Below, piece by piece: positions 1 to 12,712 of a stretch of 64,000 nt of DNA. A model generated the notes under the pieces. It made no database searches. It had not been told where the DNA came from and saw nothing but the letters and a program-made list of their open reading frames with translations. This DNA comes from Lama glama (lineage: Eukaryota), in assembly GCA_028534125.1 (NCBI GenBank), contig CM052817.1:91824001-91888000 (forward strand), read 5' to 3'. The position numbers and the translations under genes are program-made. Numbering within the stretch: the stretch's first letter is position 1; every line of letters begins with the position of its first letter.

Positions 1-348
1 TTCTCTCTAAGCTAAAAAACGTCATGTGGCAGTGAAGAGATAAACCTAGAATGAAACATTGGACAACTGATCTAGTTTCTTCAACAAGTTGAGGGGATAT
101 AATAAAAAGGAGGCGAGGGGATGTACTGTTCTAGATTTTTTAAAAAGAGACTTAATCCAAACAGCACATCCTTGGTGGAAAGGGGTATCCTCCCAGTGAG
201 GGCAGTGCTGGCTGGCCACGGGCCACGTGGAGAAGTAGAGAGCAAATTCAACTGTAGTTAGAACTTGCTTTAAAAACATTTCAGCAAGAGGAAAAAAAAG
301 AATAAATGAAATAATTGTGCTTCCCCCTCCCCCCAACCCCTGCCCCAC

Positions 349-775
349 AAAGAGACTTAAAGATGTAACACCTAAATCCCATGATCCATAGGGGGACTAT
401 GGATCATGGCCAACCATAAAACCAACCATAAAAGACACTTTTGAGGCCATGTTTGTATAGACTAAGCAATTACTAATAATTTTAGCTGTGATAATGAGAT
501 TGTGGTTATGTAAGAAAATATTCATCTTTTAGAATTGATTATATATATACACATATATACGTATATATATATATATTTACAACGTAGGGGCAAAGTGACT
601 GAGGTTTAGAATTTACTTAAGATATTTCAGCACAAAAAAAGGGTGGCAGGATCAGTGAAGGAAGGGTGACAGCATCTTGATAACTGAATTGGGGTGGCAC
701 GTATCTAGGAGTTCATTGTAGGAGTTCCTCAATACTTGTTTCGTTTAAAACTTTTCTTAATAAAATACAAAAAAA
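349..775 (+). mobile_element. Old LINE-1 3' UTR fragment (L1MC/L1ME-like)
   Basis: Motifs typical of old L1M 3' ends (AAGAGACTTAAAGA, TGTGATAATGAGATTGTGGTTATG), ending in AATAAA plus an A-rich tail. Contains a (TA)n patch near 541-577. Confidence 0.7.
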
Positions 776-823
776 ATCACCTATTCTTTTTGTGACTTGG
801 TGCCAAAAATTTAAAATGAGTGG

Positions 824-903
824 TATGCATTGAGTCATATGAAACTGCCATTTCTGTAGCTCAAACAAGTTGAATGTTAGCACCTTTATATGGTTCAATC
901 CAA
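824..903. mobile_element. MADE2 mariner-derived MITE (about 80 bp)
   Basis: Near-palindrome TTGAGTCATATGAAACTGCC...CCTTTATATGGTTCAATCCAA matches the recalled MADE2 consensus in length and terminal inverted repeats. Confidence 0.75.
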
Positions 904-3774
904 CCGAATCCAAGGATTCTCAAAGTGCCTGTTATCGCTGACATTCTACCCCTAACCCTAGACAGAGCTAAACTCTGCACACAGCTCAATATCCAAAGTT
1001 GTCGGACATTACTCTACAGGGATGGGCACAAAATGTTAGCCGGTTTGCTGATCACCTTCAGTAACTGCTTCTGTTACAACTGTACTGCAGTTGTTAGAAT
1101 TGAAAGGCACGGGCCCAACTACACCTGGGACCAAGCTTTAGACTTTTCCGTAGTTCTGCTACATGGAAAGTACTTATCTACCTCCAGGAGGCTCCACATC
1201 TATCTTTAAAATGCAGATAACAATGCTACTCTTTTCACAAATTAGTTCAAACTGTAATGAATTTTTAAAAGGGGTTAGTTTAAAATGTCTCCTTTAAACC
1301 TCTCAGAAATATTGAATGTAGGGTATGAAACATGAGTAAAAAACCCCAAATCTTCTTGCCTTTTGTAGCCCACATCTTACTTATCGTAAAGTGTAATAAC
1401 CAAATGATAAAATCCATAAAGGCCATAGCTGTTCCCTGCCGTGGCTTTTTACGGTCGAGCCCACTGACCACTGGTCATGATGCGCCTTCCTGATGCTCTT
1501 TATCCCAGGAATCTCCCAAATACAGTGTCACATCACTTATAGTCTTTGAGGTAAGACAGAAAAGAACCACAAAAATACTGCTTCCTCTGAGTGTAGAAAG
1601 TGGAATCCTGCAGAGTCTGACATTCTGGCCATTTCTAAACTGAGTCCAGACCTCACCTCCAAAATTAAAGAAAATAACAAAACTACTTTTGGTAATGTAC
1701 TTTTAAAATAGGGAAAGTTATTCAATTTAAGTAGGATCTATAAGCATTTCTTTTTCAATCCTGATCCTCTACGTAGCCTGTTTGTGACTTTCACCCATTA
1801 AATGTTATATTTTTAATACCTAATAAGTTTATCTCTTTATCTGAACTGGGCAGATTAAAAACAGCTGAATCTCTTGCTCTATGAGTAATTAGTTCAGGCA
1901 GTTAAAGCAGTCTCAGCTATGGGTAAGGTTCTGAGTTTCTTTCCAGGGGTTTCTTCTCTGTACCAGGGTAATGAGAGCATTCCGAGCCCATCCAGCCTTG
2001 TTGTAACCCCTGCTCCCCCAGGTTCCAAGCCTGGGTGAGAACATTCAAAAGCATGATCTTTATGTTTGTAGGTGAGTAGGGCCCATCTTGTGTGTGAAGT
2101 ACTACACATCCATAAATGACTGCCTTCTTCAGAATGGAATCACTTCCATGAGTTATAACTATTTTCTATTTGTTTAGGCTCAACCATTCAAGTGATCTTT
2201 GCCAGGAAAACCCCCTGACATCACCTAATGCTACAAATTTTCTAATGATAAAGGTGGCTATTCTACTTTCAAGATTAAAACAACTGAACTCAGAAAATAA
2301 CTAGACAAATTTTCACAGATAGAGTGTGCATGTGTGTGTGTGTGTATATTGAGGAAAAATGGATGGTTAATTTAAACCCTGGGCAGTGGGAGGGAAACTT
2401 GAAAATCCAAGGAAGGCACTTAACTCTTTTTGTCCTCATATGATGGTACATTATCAGCTGCATGTAAGGAAATTGGAAACGAAGCTTTTAAATTAGAAGC
2501 AGGATGAGACTTGGGCAGGGGAAGGGAAGGAAGACAGGAAGGAGCTTCCGTCCTCTTTTCTCCAGGTTGAAATGATCCAGGTCTTCTGTTCTAAAGAAAC
2601 TAAGACTGGACTTCTGCATCAAGCAGTTCTCTGCCGCATCAAGTGAGGACCAAGTGCAGCTACAGTTGGTTTCAACTGCAGGACTTTACAACTATTTTTC
2701 CAGAGGGGAGGGCTCCTGGTAAGCCCTGTGACTCATATTTAAACAGAAGCAAATGCACTTTAATATTTACCCTTTCAAGTTTCAGGAGAAGTAAGGGAAA
2801 CAGGAGAAAAAGGGGAATATGAGACCAAGTATTTATAACATCAAGAAGAAAGTGTAAATCTTTGTGTAAAACGTAACTGCACTGTGAAAGATTGTATTTA
2901 TTCTTCCACCATACTAAAGAGTATATATTATTATAGGATTAAATCTATGCCAAAGATTATTTTAATTTTGGAAAAGAGTAGCTCTTCTTATTATTTCTTT
3001 CAGACTTTAACAGCAGGTACTTTTTTTTAATGTTACATGTACCACCTACAGTAAATATTTTTAAATGCTTCCTGGTGCAAGTTGAACTGGAAGAAGGGCA
3101 TTTTTATGCCTAGCTTTGTTTAATGATCACCTGTGCCCTCTTCCGTGAAAGACAGAGTCCCATAGTCCCCAGAGAGAGTTGCACAGACGCCTGCGTGCGT
3201 GCCCACACAGGGCAAAACAGAAAGAATCCGAAAGGCTTAAGATTTGTTTTCATTTGAAAATGCAAAGTCAGCTTTAGTTTTTGAAAGGAATGGAAAAGAA
3301 TGATTCAAAATATGGCAGACTAGTTTTACCAACAGCCATTTGCCCAAAATGAGTAATAATTTTGGATGATGAGTTGTAAACAACACTGATTTCATTTATT
3401 TTGCAACCAGTAATCCTGTTGAGGAGACAGGGTAGGCAAATTGTTTGAATTATCTGCAATGTTTTGGGGCCTTATTTGGAAAGTTGCAGGAAATCCTGGC
3501 AGAGAGAAAAATAAAAAGAGTTGGATACTTGGAAAGAACTGCAACTAGGTGGGAAGATTTTTGAGGGATCTGGTTTGGTGCTCCCTGGGCCTCAGATGGG
3601 TCTGGGCCTGAAAGATCAAGTGGAATCTGCTTAGTTCTTAGAAACAGGCCAGCTTCTAAGGGACCTAGGAGCCCACCACAGGACAGGCCAGTTTCCATGG
3701 CAAAGACCCTCTGTAGCACAGGGCTCTGACCATCACCAGACCTCTTCCTGGAAGGCACTGAGTGCTCTCCCGAG

Positions 3775-3932
3775 GGGAGCTGCCAGATAAAATATAGGAC
3801 TCAGTTAAGTCTGAATTTCAGACAAACAACTTATACTAACACACACATATACTAAAATGTTTATTATTTATCTAAAATTCAAATTTAACCAGGCTTCTTG
3901 TTTTTGTTTGTTTTCTAAATCTGGCAACCCTA
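3775..3932. mobile_element. MER53 hAT-like palindromic MITE, centrally deleted
   Basis: Arms TGCCAGATAAAATATAGGAC..AGTTAAGTCTGAATTTCAGACAAACAAC and TTTATCTAAAATTCAAATTTAACC..AAATCTGGCAACCCTA. CTCTCC occurs on both flanks as a TSD remnant. Confidence 0.85.
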
Positions 3933-4736
3933 CTCTCCAAATAAGGTGATTTGCCCCAGGGCAGGGTTCGGCTGCATTGCTGCTGGGGTGACAAAGCCCT
4001 GAGTGGGGAGTGGGGACAGGGGAGGGGGCAGAGGAGGAGCTTAAACCACAGGCTCAGGAACAGTGGACTTTCTCCACCAAAAGGAAGGCCATGACAGATC
4101 TGTCTGCGGGAAGATGGTTAAATTGAGGATGGATTTTTGACTTGGGTCAGCATCCAAGGGAGGACTGAGTGTAAGGGAGCAGGAACTAGATGTGTATACA
4201 CATCTCTGTTCATGTCCACATCTTTGGAAATTTCACAGCAACAATGCTTAGTACCAGGAGCAGAACAAGTGTGAAAGTTGTTCAATAAGAAGAAACGATA
4301 GTAAACAGGAAGGAGTACAGTCTTGCACAGAGTTAATTCCCAAGTACAGAGTAGGTTACAGCAGGTCTAGGCTCCCCAGATGCCCTTGTGACCTGGGCAG
4401 AAAGGGGCCAGATGGACAGACAGACTGCCTTTTCAGGATGACGCTGGGTGTGTGGTTCAGGGAACTGTAGTCTGGTTATTTCTAAACACCAAGGTTCTCT
4501 TTTGCTAAGCAACAAGTTTCAATCTTAGGGCTCAGATCAGCATCACTCTACTTTCCAATCCCAGGTACTAGTGAGCAAGGGAGCTCAAACTCTCCAGCCC
4601 ACTGGGATCCAGCTGGTCCTGGATGGGGTACGTAGAGTGCAGGACAGATAAGCCTCAAGATATCCTATCACTGGGGACATTTGAAATGAGCTAGTTCGTT
4701 CGTAAACTGACCAGAATCTCCTACTGGAAGATCATA

Positions 4737-4929
4737 TAGTCGGCCCTCTGTATCCAAGGGGTCCAAATCTGCAGATTCAACCAACTTCGGATCTCTGGGT
4801 AGATTTGGAGCCCCCAGACGCAGAGGGCCAAAGGTACTATGCCATTTTATAGAAGGGACTTGAGTATCGAGGATTTTGGTACTCAGCGGGTCCTGGAACC
4901 AGTCCCCTGTGGATACTGAGGGACGACTG
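4737..4929 (-). mobile_element. MER2-family (Tigger-type) DNA transposon, internally shortened
   Basis: Inverted termini AGTCGGCCCTCTGTATCC and GGATACTGAGGGACGACTG. Internal GGGACTTGAG..GGATTTTGGTA..GGTCCTGGAACC matches recalled MER2. Confidence 0.8.
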
Positions 4930-5344
4930 ACCGTATACATCCCTAATGCGCCTGTCTCCCCAGAGTGCCTGGCGACAGCCGGCCGTGTGTCTGCCATTGT
5001 GCTCCTTTCTCCCTCCCTGCTTCCCTATCGCCTTTCTCTGTTGAGGTTGCTGTTGAGTTTGTTCACTGTTTGTTTTCCCATGAACAACTCACTTCTTTTT
5101 GCCTTCTACTATGCCTGTCCTCCTTTCATTACCTTGGCTTTGCCTTATTATTTTTCCTTTTGTTCATTCGTCCTCTGAGTAATTCTCCATGTTTCCTTTG
5201 ACTCAATATATTGGAATGATACAAATTGCAAAAAATCATATTCTTTTAAAAAATCAAGTTGAGTATAATCATTTGTTATAGGACCAGAGTCTTCCCAGTG
5301 ACGCTGCAGCTTCCGAGAGAGGGATGGATGTCCGAAGAGTGGGG

Positions 5345-5546
5345 TCAGGTCCCAGCCCTGCTGATGCTAAGTGTGGGTCTCCAGCCAGTCAACCTCCATT
5401 CCTTCATTTTAAAAATGAGGATAACCATTCCTTCTTAACAGGACTGTTGAGAGCATTAAATAAAATGCGTATTTTTACATTAAATATAATGTTGTAAAAG
5501 TGCTTTGGAAACTAAATAGCACTTTTCAAATGTGAGGTATTATTAC
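5345..5546 (+). mobile_element. MIR SINE fragment
   Basis: MIR core and tail: CTTCATTTTAAAAATGAGGATAA...ACAGGACTGTTGAGAGCATTAAATAA...AAAGTGCTTTGGAAACT. Confidence 0.7.
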
Positions 5547-6154
5547 CTAAATAACAGAAATGTCTTATGCCTAATTGTGCTCTATAGCAAGTAGTGCTAA
5601 ATGAATATACAACTACTCCTCTTCATAAATATTTCCTTCTCAAATACCTAGATTTGTGGCTTTTCCAAGATGCTTAATAATATGAATTGGTGAACTCTCT
5701 ATGAAGTTTTTGGACCAATTAAAAATGCAGTACTGCCAGATAGTTAAAAAAAAGTTTCAAAAGACTTCTTTAAAAAAAAACATAGTTTATCACAATCCTT
5801 CCAATGTTACAGCATACCATTTCTTTTTGGAAAAAATTTTTATAAAGCAAAACAAAACAAAAACAGAACCCCTATTATGAAGTTCTAAGAATTATATGTT
5901 CTTTTTCGTAGGTATAGCATCATAAAGAGAATGCTTGTCAGCAGGTGTTTGGGAGATGTGTAAGTTAATGACCGTGTTTTGCTATCAAACCAGAGGAGAG
6001 GACTAATTAGCGCAGGGAGGCTGGCTCTGGTGGAGGCTGGAGATGTCTGGTGTATACAAGGTGGTAGCTGAACCTAATGCTGCCACACGTCTCCACTGGG
6101 CCTCACCTACTGCAGATCCCCCAGGGCCATGATGAAAGCTCCAACACTCCCCAG

Positions 6155-6372
6155 CATTTTGCAGGTTGTAAAGTACCCAGGTAGGCACGTGCATCGTCAT
6201 CTCCCTGTGTCCTCTCAAAACTCTGTGAGTAGCTCTTATTCCTCACAATTTCACAGAAGAGAAAACTGAGGCCAGCACTGAATACCTTGCCCAGGGTCAC
6301 CCAATTGGTGAGTCCAGGGCCAAATCTCAATCTGGGGCCTTGACTCTAAACTCCACACGGGTTGCACTGCAC
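6155..6372 (-). mobile_element. MIR SINE
   Basis: Reverse MIR core: ATTTCACAGAAGAGAAAACTGAGGCC...CTTGCCCAGGGTCAC. Confidence 0.75.
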
Positions 6373-6891
6373 CCAGCTCACGTGATGTAACATAATCTCC
6401 ATACAGAGTGTGCAGCAAGGTGTCGCAGGAAAAGCTGGGGACCGGGAGACTCGACTTCCTGCCTTGGCCCTGGCCCAGAAGAGCTGTGTGCCCAAGGGTA
6501 AGTCTCCTCATACCTTTGCTTTCTCATCTGACAAATGAGAGGCTTAGAGTGGCCCAGTCATTCTCAACTGTTTTTAGGGCTTTAGAGAGTGGACAAGCAC
6601 ATGAAATTCAGCTATAGACTCTCCTCTTAGCAAAATGCGCACATAGACACACACACACACACACACCACACATACAGTCTTGTAAACAATTTCAGTGCAT
6701 TCACTGATCCCAGTAAAACTAGATGGCTTTTGGCTAGTTGATTTTTAAGGTCTGTTTATGCTCTAAAATTCTGTAACACATCGTCTTTCTACATAGTAAT
6801 TTATATATGCATATAGTCTCATCTGTGTGTGTAAATTTAAGTGTGCTGCACTAACATGTTCACTTTTGTTTTGGAGAAATGTATATTTTTG

Positions 6892-7511
6892 TTATAATTC
6901 GAAAAGACATATGCACCCCAATGTTTACAGCAGCACTATTTACAATAGCCAAGACATGGAAATAACCAAATTGTCTATTGACAGATGAATGGATAAAAAA
7001 GATGTGATACACACACACACACACATACACACACACAATGGAATATTACTTAGCCATAAAAAAGAATGAAATAATGCCATTTGCAGCAACATGGATGGAC
7101 CCAGAGTGAATATTAAGTGAAATAAGTCAGACAGAGAAAGACAAGTATCATATGATGTTGCTTATATGTAGAATCTAAAAATAAGATACAAATTTTATTT
7201 ACAAACCAGAAATAGACTCACAGACATAGAAAACAAACTGTGGTTACCAGCGGGGAAAGAATGGGGGAGGGATAGATTAGGAGTTTGGGATTAACAGAAA
7301 CATGTTGCTGTATATAAAACAGATAAACAACAAGGACCTACTGTAGAGCACAGGGGACTATATTCAATTTCTTGTAATGAGCTGTAATGGAAAAGGAACT
7401 GAAAAAATATATATGTATGTATGTATATGTATAACTGAATCGCTTTGCTGTACACCTGAAACTAACATTGTAAACCAACTATACTTCAATAAAAAATAAG
7501 AATTAAAAAAA
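6892..7511 (+). mobile_element. Relatively young 5'-truncated LINE-1 (end of ORF2 plus 3' UTR)
   Basis: ORF2 C-terminal sequence (TGCACCCCAATGTTTACAGCAGCACTATTTACAATAGCCAAGACATGGAA), 3' UTR, AATAAA and A tail. TSD GTATATTTTTG at 6881-6891 and 7512-7522. Confidence 0.95.
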
Positions 7512-7929
7512 GTATATTTTTGGAAATAAAAAGTTTTCCTGAGGTTAGGCCTGAGATTTGATTTAGGAAGAAGTGTGACTTTAGGGATTAATGGGTCTAG
7601 GACATTGCCATTTAGTAATGACAAATAGCAATGTGTTTAAAAATGAATTTATTATAGGCATGAAGTTCATTTATTTCTCACTTACTCATTGACTAAGAGT
7701 GGTGTATTATTAGGGATAGTCACGAATGATAATATAAGAATAGCAGTTGGACAGTTCTTGTCTGAGAAATAATACCTTGAAATGGGTTAATTTAATCCAA
7801 TTAGTTTTCCGATGGCAATTATTTAATTACTAATGACTTCTAGCTTGTCAGGTTCTGTTGGGTGTTCTCATAGTCTAACCCCAATTGAGCTAATCAGGAC
7901 CCTCCTTTTAAAAATGCCACTTTGCAGTG

Positions 7930-9470
7930 ATTTCAGAAACAGAAATAATTAAACACTTGAGTTACCCAGGAATAACCTTAATAAGAAATGAATAGGAACT
8001 ATATGAAGAAAATTAGAGAATCATAAAAGAAGACTTGAATGAATGGAGATAAATTTCATATTCCTGAATGGAAAGACTGTTGTGAAGACGTCAATTCTCC
8101 CCAAATTACTCTATAGATTGAATGTAATTCAAATCAACATTCCAGAGGGATAAATTTATGAATTTAATGAAATACTTTTATAGATATCTGAAAAAACAAA
8201 CTGGGAGGAGAGCTAGAGCAGCTAAAGACAAACAATGTGAGATAATAAAATCTACTATAAAGCCAGAGGAACTGAGAATTCTGCTATTAAGGTAAGAATT
8301 GATAGGTCAATGGAAGAGAAATGATAGTCAAAGAGACCTTAAGAACTTTCTATAGGTTAAAAATATGGGGAAAGGAAGGATTATTAAATAGACAAGGTTG
8401 GGAGACAAATTTGAAGGTAGATCTGGACCTCACAAGTACACAAAAATACATTTTCTGGAAAGTATATAATTAACCTTAAAAAGTGAACTCTAAAAATGCT
8501 TTAAAAGTCAATATTTAATGATTTTGGCATTAAGTCTTTCTGAGAATAAAATAACTAGAGTTACAAAAGAAGAAGTTAGTAGTTTTCATTACATAAAATT
8601 TTTAAAACTGCATGTAAAAAAACCCTTAAAAAGTAAGAGGCAGATTAAAAGCTGGGTTAAAACAGTTACCAAAAAATTGCAAATTTTAATATGTAAGCTT
8701 TTAAAAAGAAGAAATATCTCATTCTAAAAATGAGGAACAGGCATGAATACAAGACAGTTTATGAATGAAAAGTACCATTTAGCAAAGATGTTTAATGTCA
8801 CTAACGATCATACAAATGCAAATTAAAGTATCAAAATATGTTTTTTACTATTATATGGCCAAAAATATTTTTAAAATTCATAATTCTTAAAGCTGGAAAG
8901 AGTATGGAATGAGAGCTCACTCAGATGGCTGGTATAAACTGATAAGATCTTCCTGAAAACCAATTATATAACACATGTCAATATCCTAAAAAGTAGTTAA
9001 TAACTTCCAACCCAGCAACTCTTCTTCTAGGAATCTATACTATAAAAATAATCAGAAATTCCACTGAAGATTTGTTTACAAGGATGTTCGTAAACAAAAA
9101 AGGTAAACAAATGAAATGTTCAACAGTTGGAGACAGATTAAACTTTAAATAATTTATGGTATAGTCATAGCAGGAGAAATTGTGCAGGCATTAAAAATCA
9201 TGTCTTATAAATAATGTTTAATGACACTGAAAAAAATCTCAATAAAATAAGTGAAAAAAATAAGATACAAAACCAAATGCTGCCTGACTTAACGCTGAAT
9301 ATATCAAGGCCTTATATTAGTCATGCGTGCATAGAAATGACTAGAATGAATCGCTTCCAATGATGTTGGAGAGATCATCTTGGATGGTACGACTATGCAT
9401 GATTTAAAAAAAAATGTCATGTGAATATTTTGAAAAAGTTTCTAAAATCAACATCTTTTAGTATTAAAAC
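7930..9470 (+). mobile_element. Ancient LINE-1 ORF2/3' remnant (L1ME-like)
   Basis: A-rich decayed ORF2 motifs (GGAATAACCTTAATAAGAAATG, GTCAATTCTCCCCAAATT..CTATAGATT, CCCAGCAACTCTTCTTCTAGGAATCTATAC). No open frame. Confidence 0.85.
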
Positions 9471-12067
9471 ATAAGGCAAACAATAATTTGCTAAAATTTG
9501 CCACAATAATTTAGAGAGACAATATATGCTCAATGGCAAATGAGACTAGATGTTTCATCAGCCAGCTTCTGTACCTGTTTCTGCCACTTGTTCGCTTACG
9601 ACCCTACATAAGTCACTTGTCTCTCTCTCAGCTTTGGTTTCTTCAGCTTAAAAATGGCAACCAACCAGACTTCCTATATGGAACCTGCTTTGCATACCAT
9701 AAACTATCATATATGTAGAAGCTATTATTATTAGTTGTGTGTGTGTGTGTGTGACTGAATTTAGAACTCCAGCCTAAATGGGCCTTGTAGATTACAGCAA
9801 AAATTTACTAACCTATACCTGAGAAGCCTTGGTCCTGAAAATCTTAACATGAAATGTATGTACGTGTTTCCTCATGCAGAGGCGCCATCTTTGGTCCTGT
9901 GAACAAACATGTGCTGATCTATGACAACTGGTTTGGTAGCCAGGAGAGGAGGGATTGATTACTTTCAGGGCTAGGGTGGAGGAGATAAGAGAAAGACCAA
10001 CGCAGATAGGTTGATTTTATTATTAGCTTGATGAAGGTGAAATGGGCTCTGGGCATGAATGATGCATTCCAAGTTGGATATTTTTCTTATCAAACAAAAC
10101 ACAAGACCGTGAATTCTAGCTTAGCAAATTCTATGTTCCTGTTGAGGGTAGAGGGCTCTGGTTCACAGCTCAGGCTACTGGATGGTCAGGACTGAGGGGC
10201 CGCATGGGGAGATGTACGGATCTCTACTCACGTCCAGCTCTTCCCTCCCCTCACTTCCTCTTCTCTGTCCAGGGGCACAATGCCAGGATAGTTATAACTT
10301 ACAGTGTGTGCAGAGGGACAAGGCGTTCATCTGTCACAGAGGCACTGCAGTTTTCCTGGCTTTTCAAGCTGTGTTCATAACACAACACTGAAATCCACTC
10401 ATCCATCATTCATTCATCCGTCTATCCATTCATGTACTTATTCATCCATCCATTCATTCTTCAAACAGCTGTGTGTGCCTGGACCCCCCCCCATCTCTGG
10501 TGGCCTCAATATTTTCAATGAACATACATCAGGGTACAAGGGAAGGGTGTATATCACCGGCCTGTGGCCAACCGCTGCAGGCACCACACCGCTTCTAAGC
10601 CCTGTTATTTGATTATCACCATCTTTATTGGCCACAGAGGGGAAGGGATATTATAGCTTTGTGGCTTTTGAGACTTCAGTCCTTAGTGAACTGCCAAGCC
10701 TCAGCAGCAGCTCCCAGATCACAGTGTGGGGGATTTTTATGACCACATCTCAGTTCTCACCAGAAAAAAAGGCAAAAAAGGAGGAAACAGGTGACACATC
10801 ACAGAATACACAGCAACGGAGAAGCCCAACAAAGCCAGATCCTAACCCTCCCCCTCTTACCTTTGTGTTCTCTCCCTCCCACCTTCCCTGTCAACCCTCC
10901 CGAGATCCCCTCCCCAACTGTACTCCAGAAGAATTTAAATTGGCTCAAGCTCAAAGAGAAAGAAACATAAAACTGACTATTCATTATATTCTGTGCGTGC
11001 TTTTTTTTTTCTCCTAATACGGATTGCTGAGCCCACCCCGGTGTGGGCAACTCCTGAGCAGAGAAGGGGCGTGCATGTGGGTGCAAGTGCGTGTGTGTGT
11101 GTGAGTGGGACCAGTGAGAGGCACAGCGTGCGTGTGCGCGTGTGTCATGTGCTGGTGTGTGTGTGTGAGGGAGAGAGGGAGGGAGAAATAGAATGTCGGT
11201 GTGTGACTTCCCCCCCTTTCTGACTGCGGAGCCTGAGAGGCACTCCTCTCTCAGAGCAATTACTACAAATGATTTATGTGGCCAGTCAAGAGGGCCTGCC
11301 AGGGTTCTTATTTCATCTCCAGAAAAAGGAACTCTGCTGGAATGTTATCAGGGAGCTTGGGATTAAACTGACAGCTGCCTTTTGTTTTCCCTGTGAAAGA
11401 GCTTCTCCTTTGGACTGTGGCATTTGGTTTCTCCGCAGACAGCCAGAACTCAATGGAGGTGAAGACCAGCTAGAAAAGGGCCTCAAGGGAAGGGAAACAT
11501 TTTTAAACGGGAGAAGCTTCTTTCTCTCCCTTCTGCATTTATCTTGAGAGGATGTGTTTGTAGCTGCTGATCTGAGGAGGCAGTCTGGCTCATGGTGGAT
11601 GGGTTATTGTTTCCTTTCTCACTGTACAGAAGGATCCATAGCACCAAACCTCTCCCCTCTGTTTCCAGGGTTGTTTAGCTGGAGAGAGGAAAAGAAAGGT
11701 CCCTTCTAATTTGGGTTATTAATCGTGACCCTGGTCCCTGTCCTCTGCATGGGGGAGCATGGTGACAAGGCCCGGGTGTGACAGGGCACAAGGTGTAAAA
11801 CAAGGCAGAGCGAGAAGCACTCATCATACGTACAGGCAGGACAAGTCTATGGACATAAAAACGGAAGCCATATGTGTTCACGCCCCCTGACACCCAAACC
11901 CTCACAGACTACTGTAGTTTTCATAAATCCTCGGTTGTGGCTTGGCTAGCCACAGCCCTCCCCTCCCATTAGCCTCCCCACCTCCTCGACCCCACCTGGT
12001 TTATAAGGTCATCACACAGCTTTGCTGGGTGAAGGGAGCACAGGGCAATCAGTCACTGGGGCCGATT

Positions 12068-12069
<2 letters not shown>

Positions 12070-12102
<33 letters not shown>
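12070..12102. repeat. (CA)n microsatellite
   Basis: Perfect AC dinucleotide run. Confidence 0.95.
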
Positions 12103-12106
<4 letters not shown>

Positions 12107-12579
12107 GTGATGGTCCAATGACTGCATAATAAAGCTTTGTAGATAAATAATAGTAAATACAAATTAAGGAACCTCTCAAGAGATCAAGGGAAGAACGTGG
12201 TAAAAAGAGGTTGATGGGTAGGAGAGCTATAAAGGGAAGGGATATAAAGAAAGATTAAGGATTATAATAAAAGACATGGACTGTAAAATCATCTTTATAG
12301 TCTTGCGTTCTGTCTTAGATTCAGACAGTCTTTGCTAAAAATACACTTTTTGACTTGTGATCCCCAGATCTCATTTGCACTAAATGCTCTACCAACAGGT
12401 GCTGTGTAATGCTCAAAACCAACTTAAGTCTTACCAAGTAATACACATCTGTATAGGTCTTCACAGCATATGCTGACAGCGTGCTGAGCTCAGAAATCCG
12501 ACTGATGCTGGGGCTCACAGAGAAGGGAACTAACATGGATGGAGAGCGTATTGTGTGTCTCGTGTGCTGCTATGTGTCT

Positions 12580-12712
12580 TTTGAATATTTTCTCCTTTAT
12601 TTCTCACTGCATCTCTGTAAGGTAGGTATTTTTATTCTCACAAATAACCTTTACAAATATGGTTACAGATGCCAAGGGAGATTAAGTAAATTGCTCAAGG
12701 ATGTACACCTAG
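12580..12712 (-). mobile_element. MIR SINE interrupted by an MLT1 LTR
   Basis: CTCTGTAAGGTAGGTATTTTTATTCTCAC..TTACA..GAGATTAAGTAAATTGCTCAAGG. MIR-like sequence resumes after about 13143 (TAAGGGGCAGAATGAGAACC). Confidence 0.65.

Noticed and set aside
9882..9894. GCGCCATCTTTGG as a CTCF site
   Set aside because: The spacing does not fit the CTCF core. It fits a YY1 motif better, but an isolated motif is not enough evidence.
11484..11600. Minus-strand ATG in good Kozak context (CCACCATGA)
   Set aside because: The frame closes after about 36 codons with no recognisable peptide or donor site.
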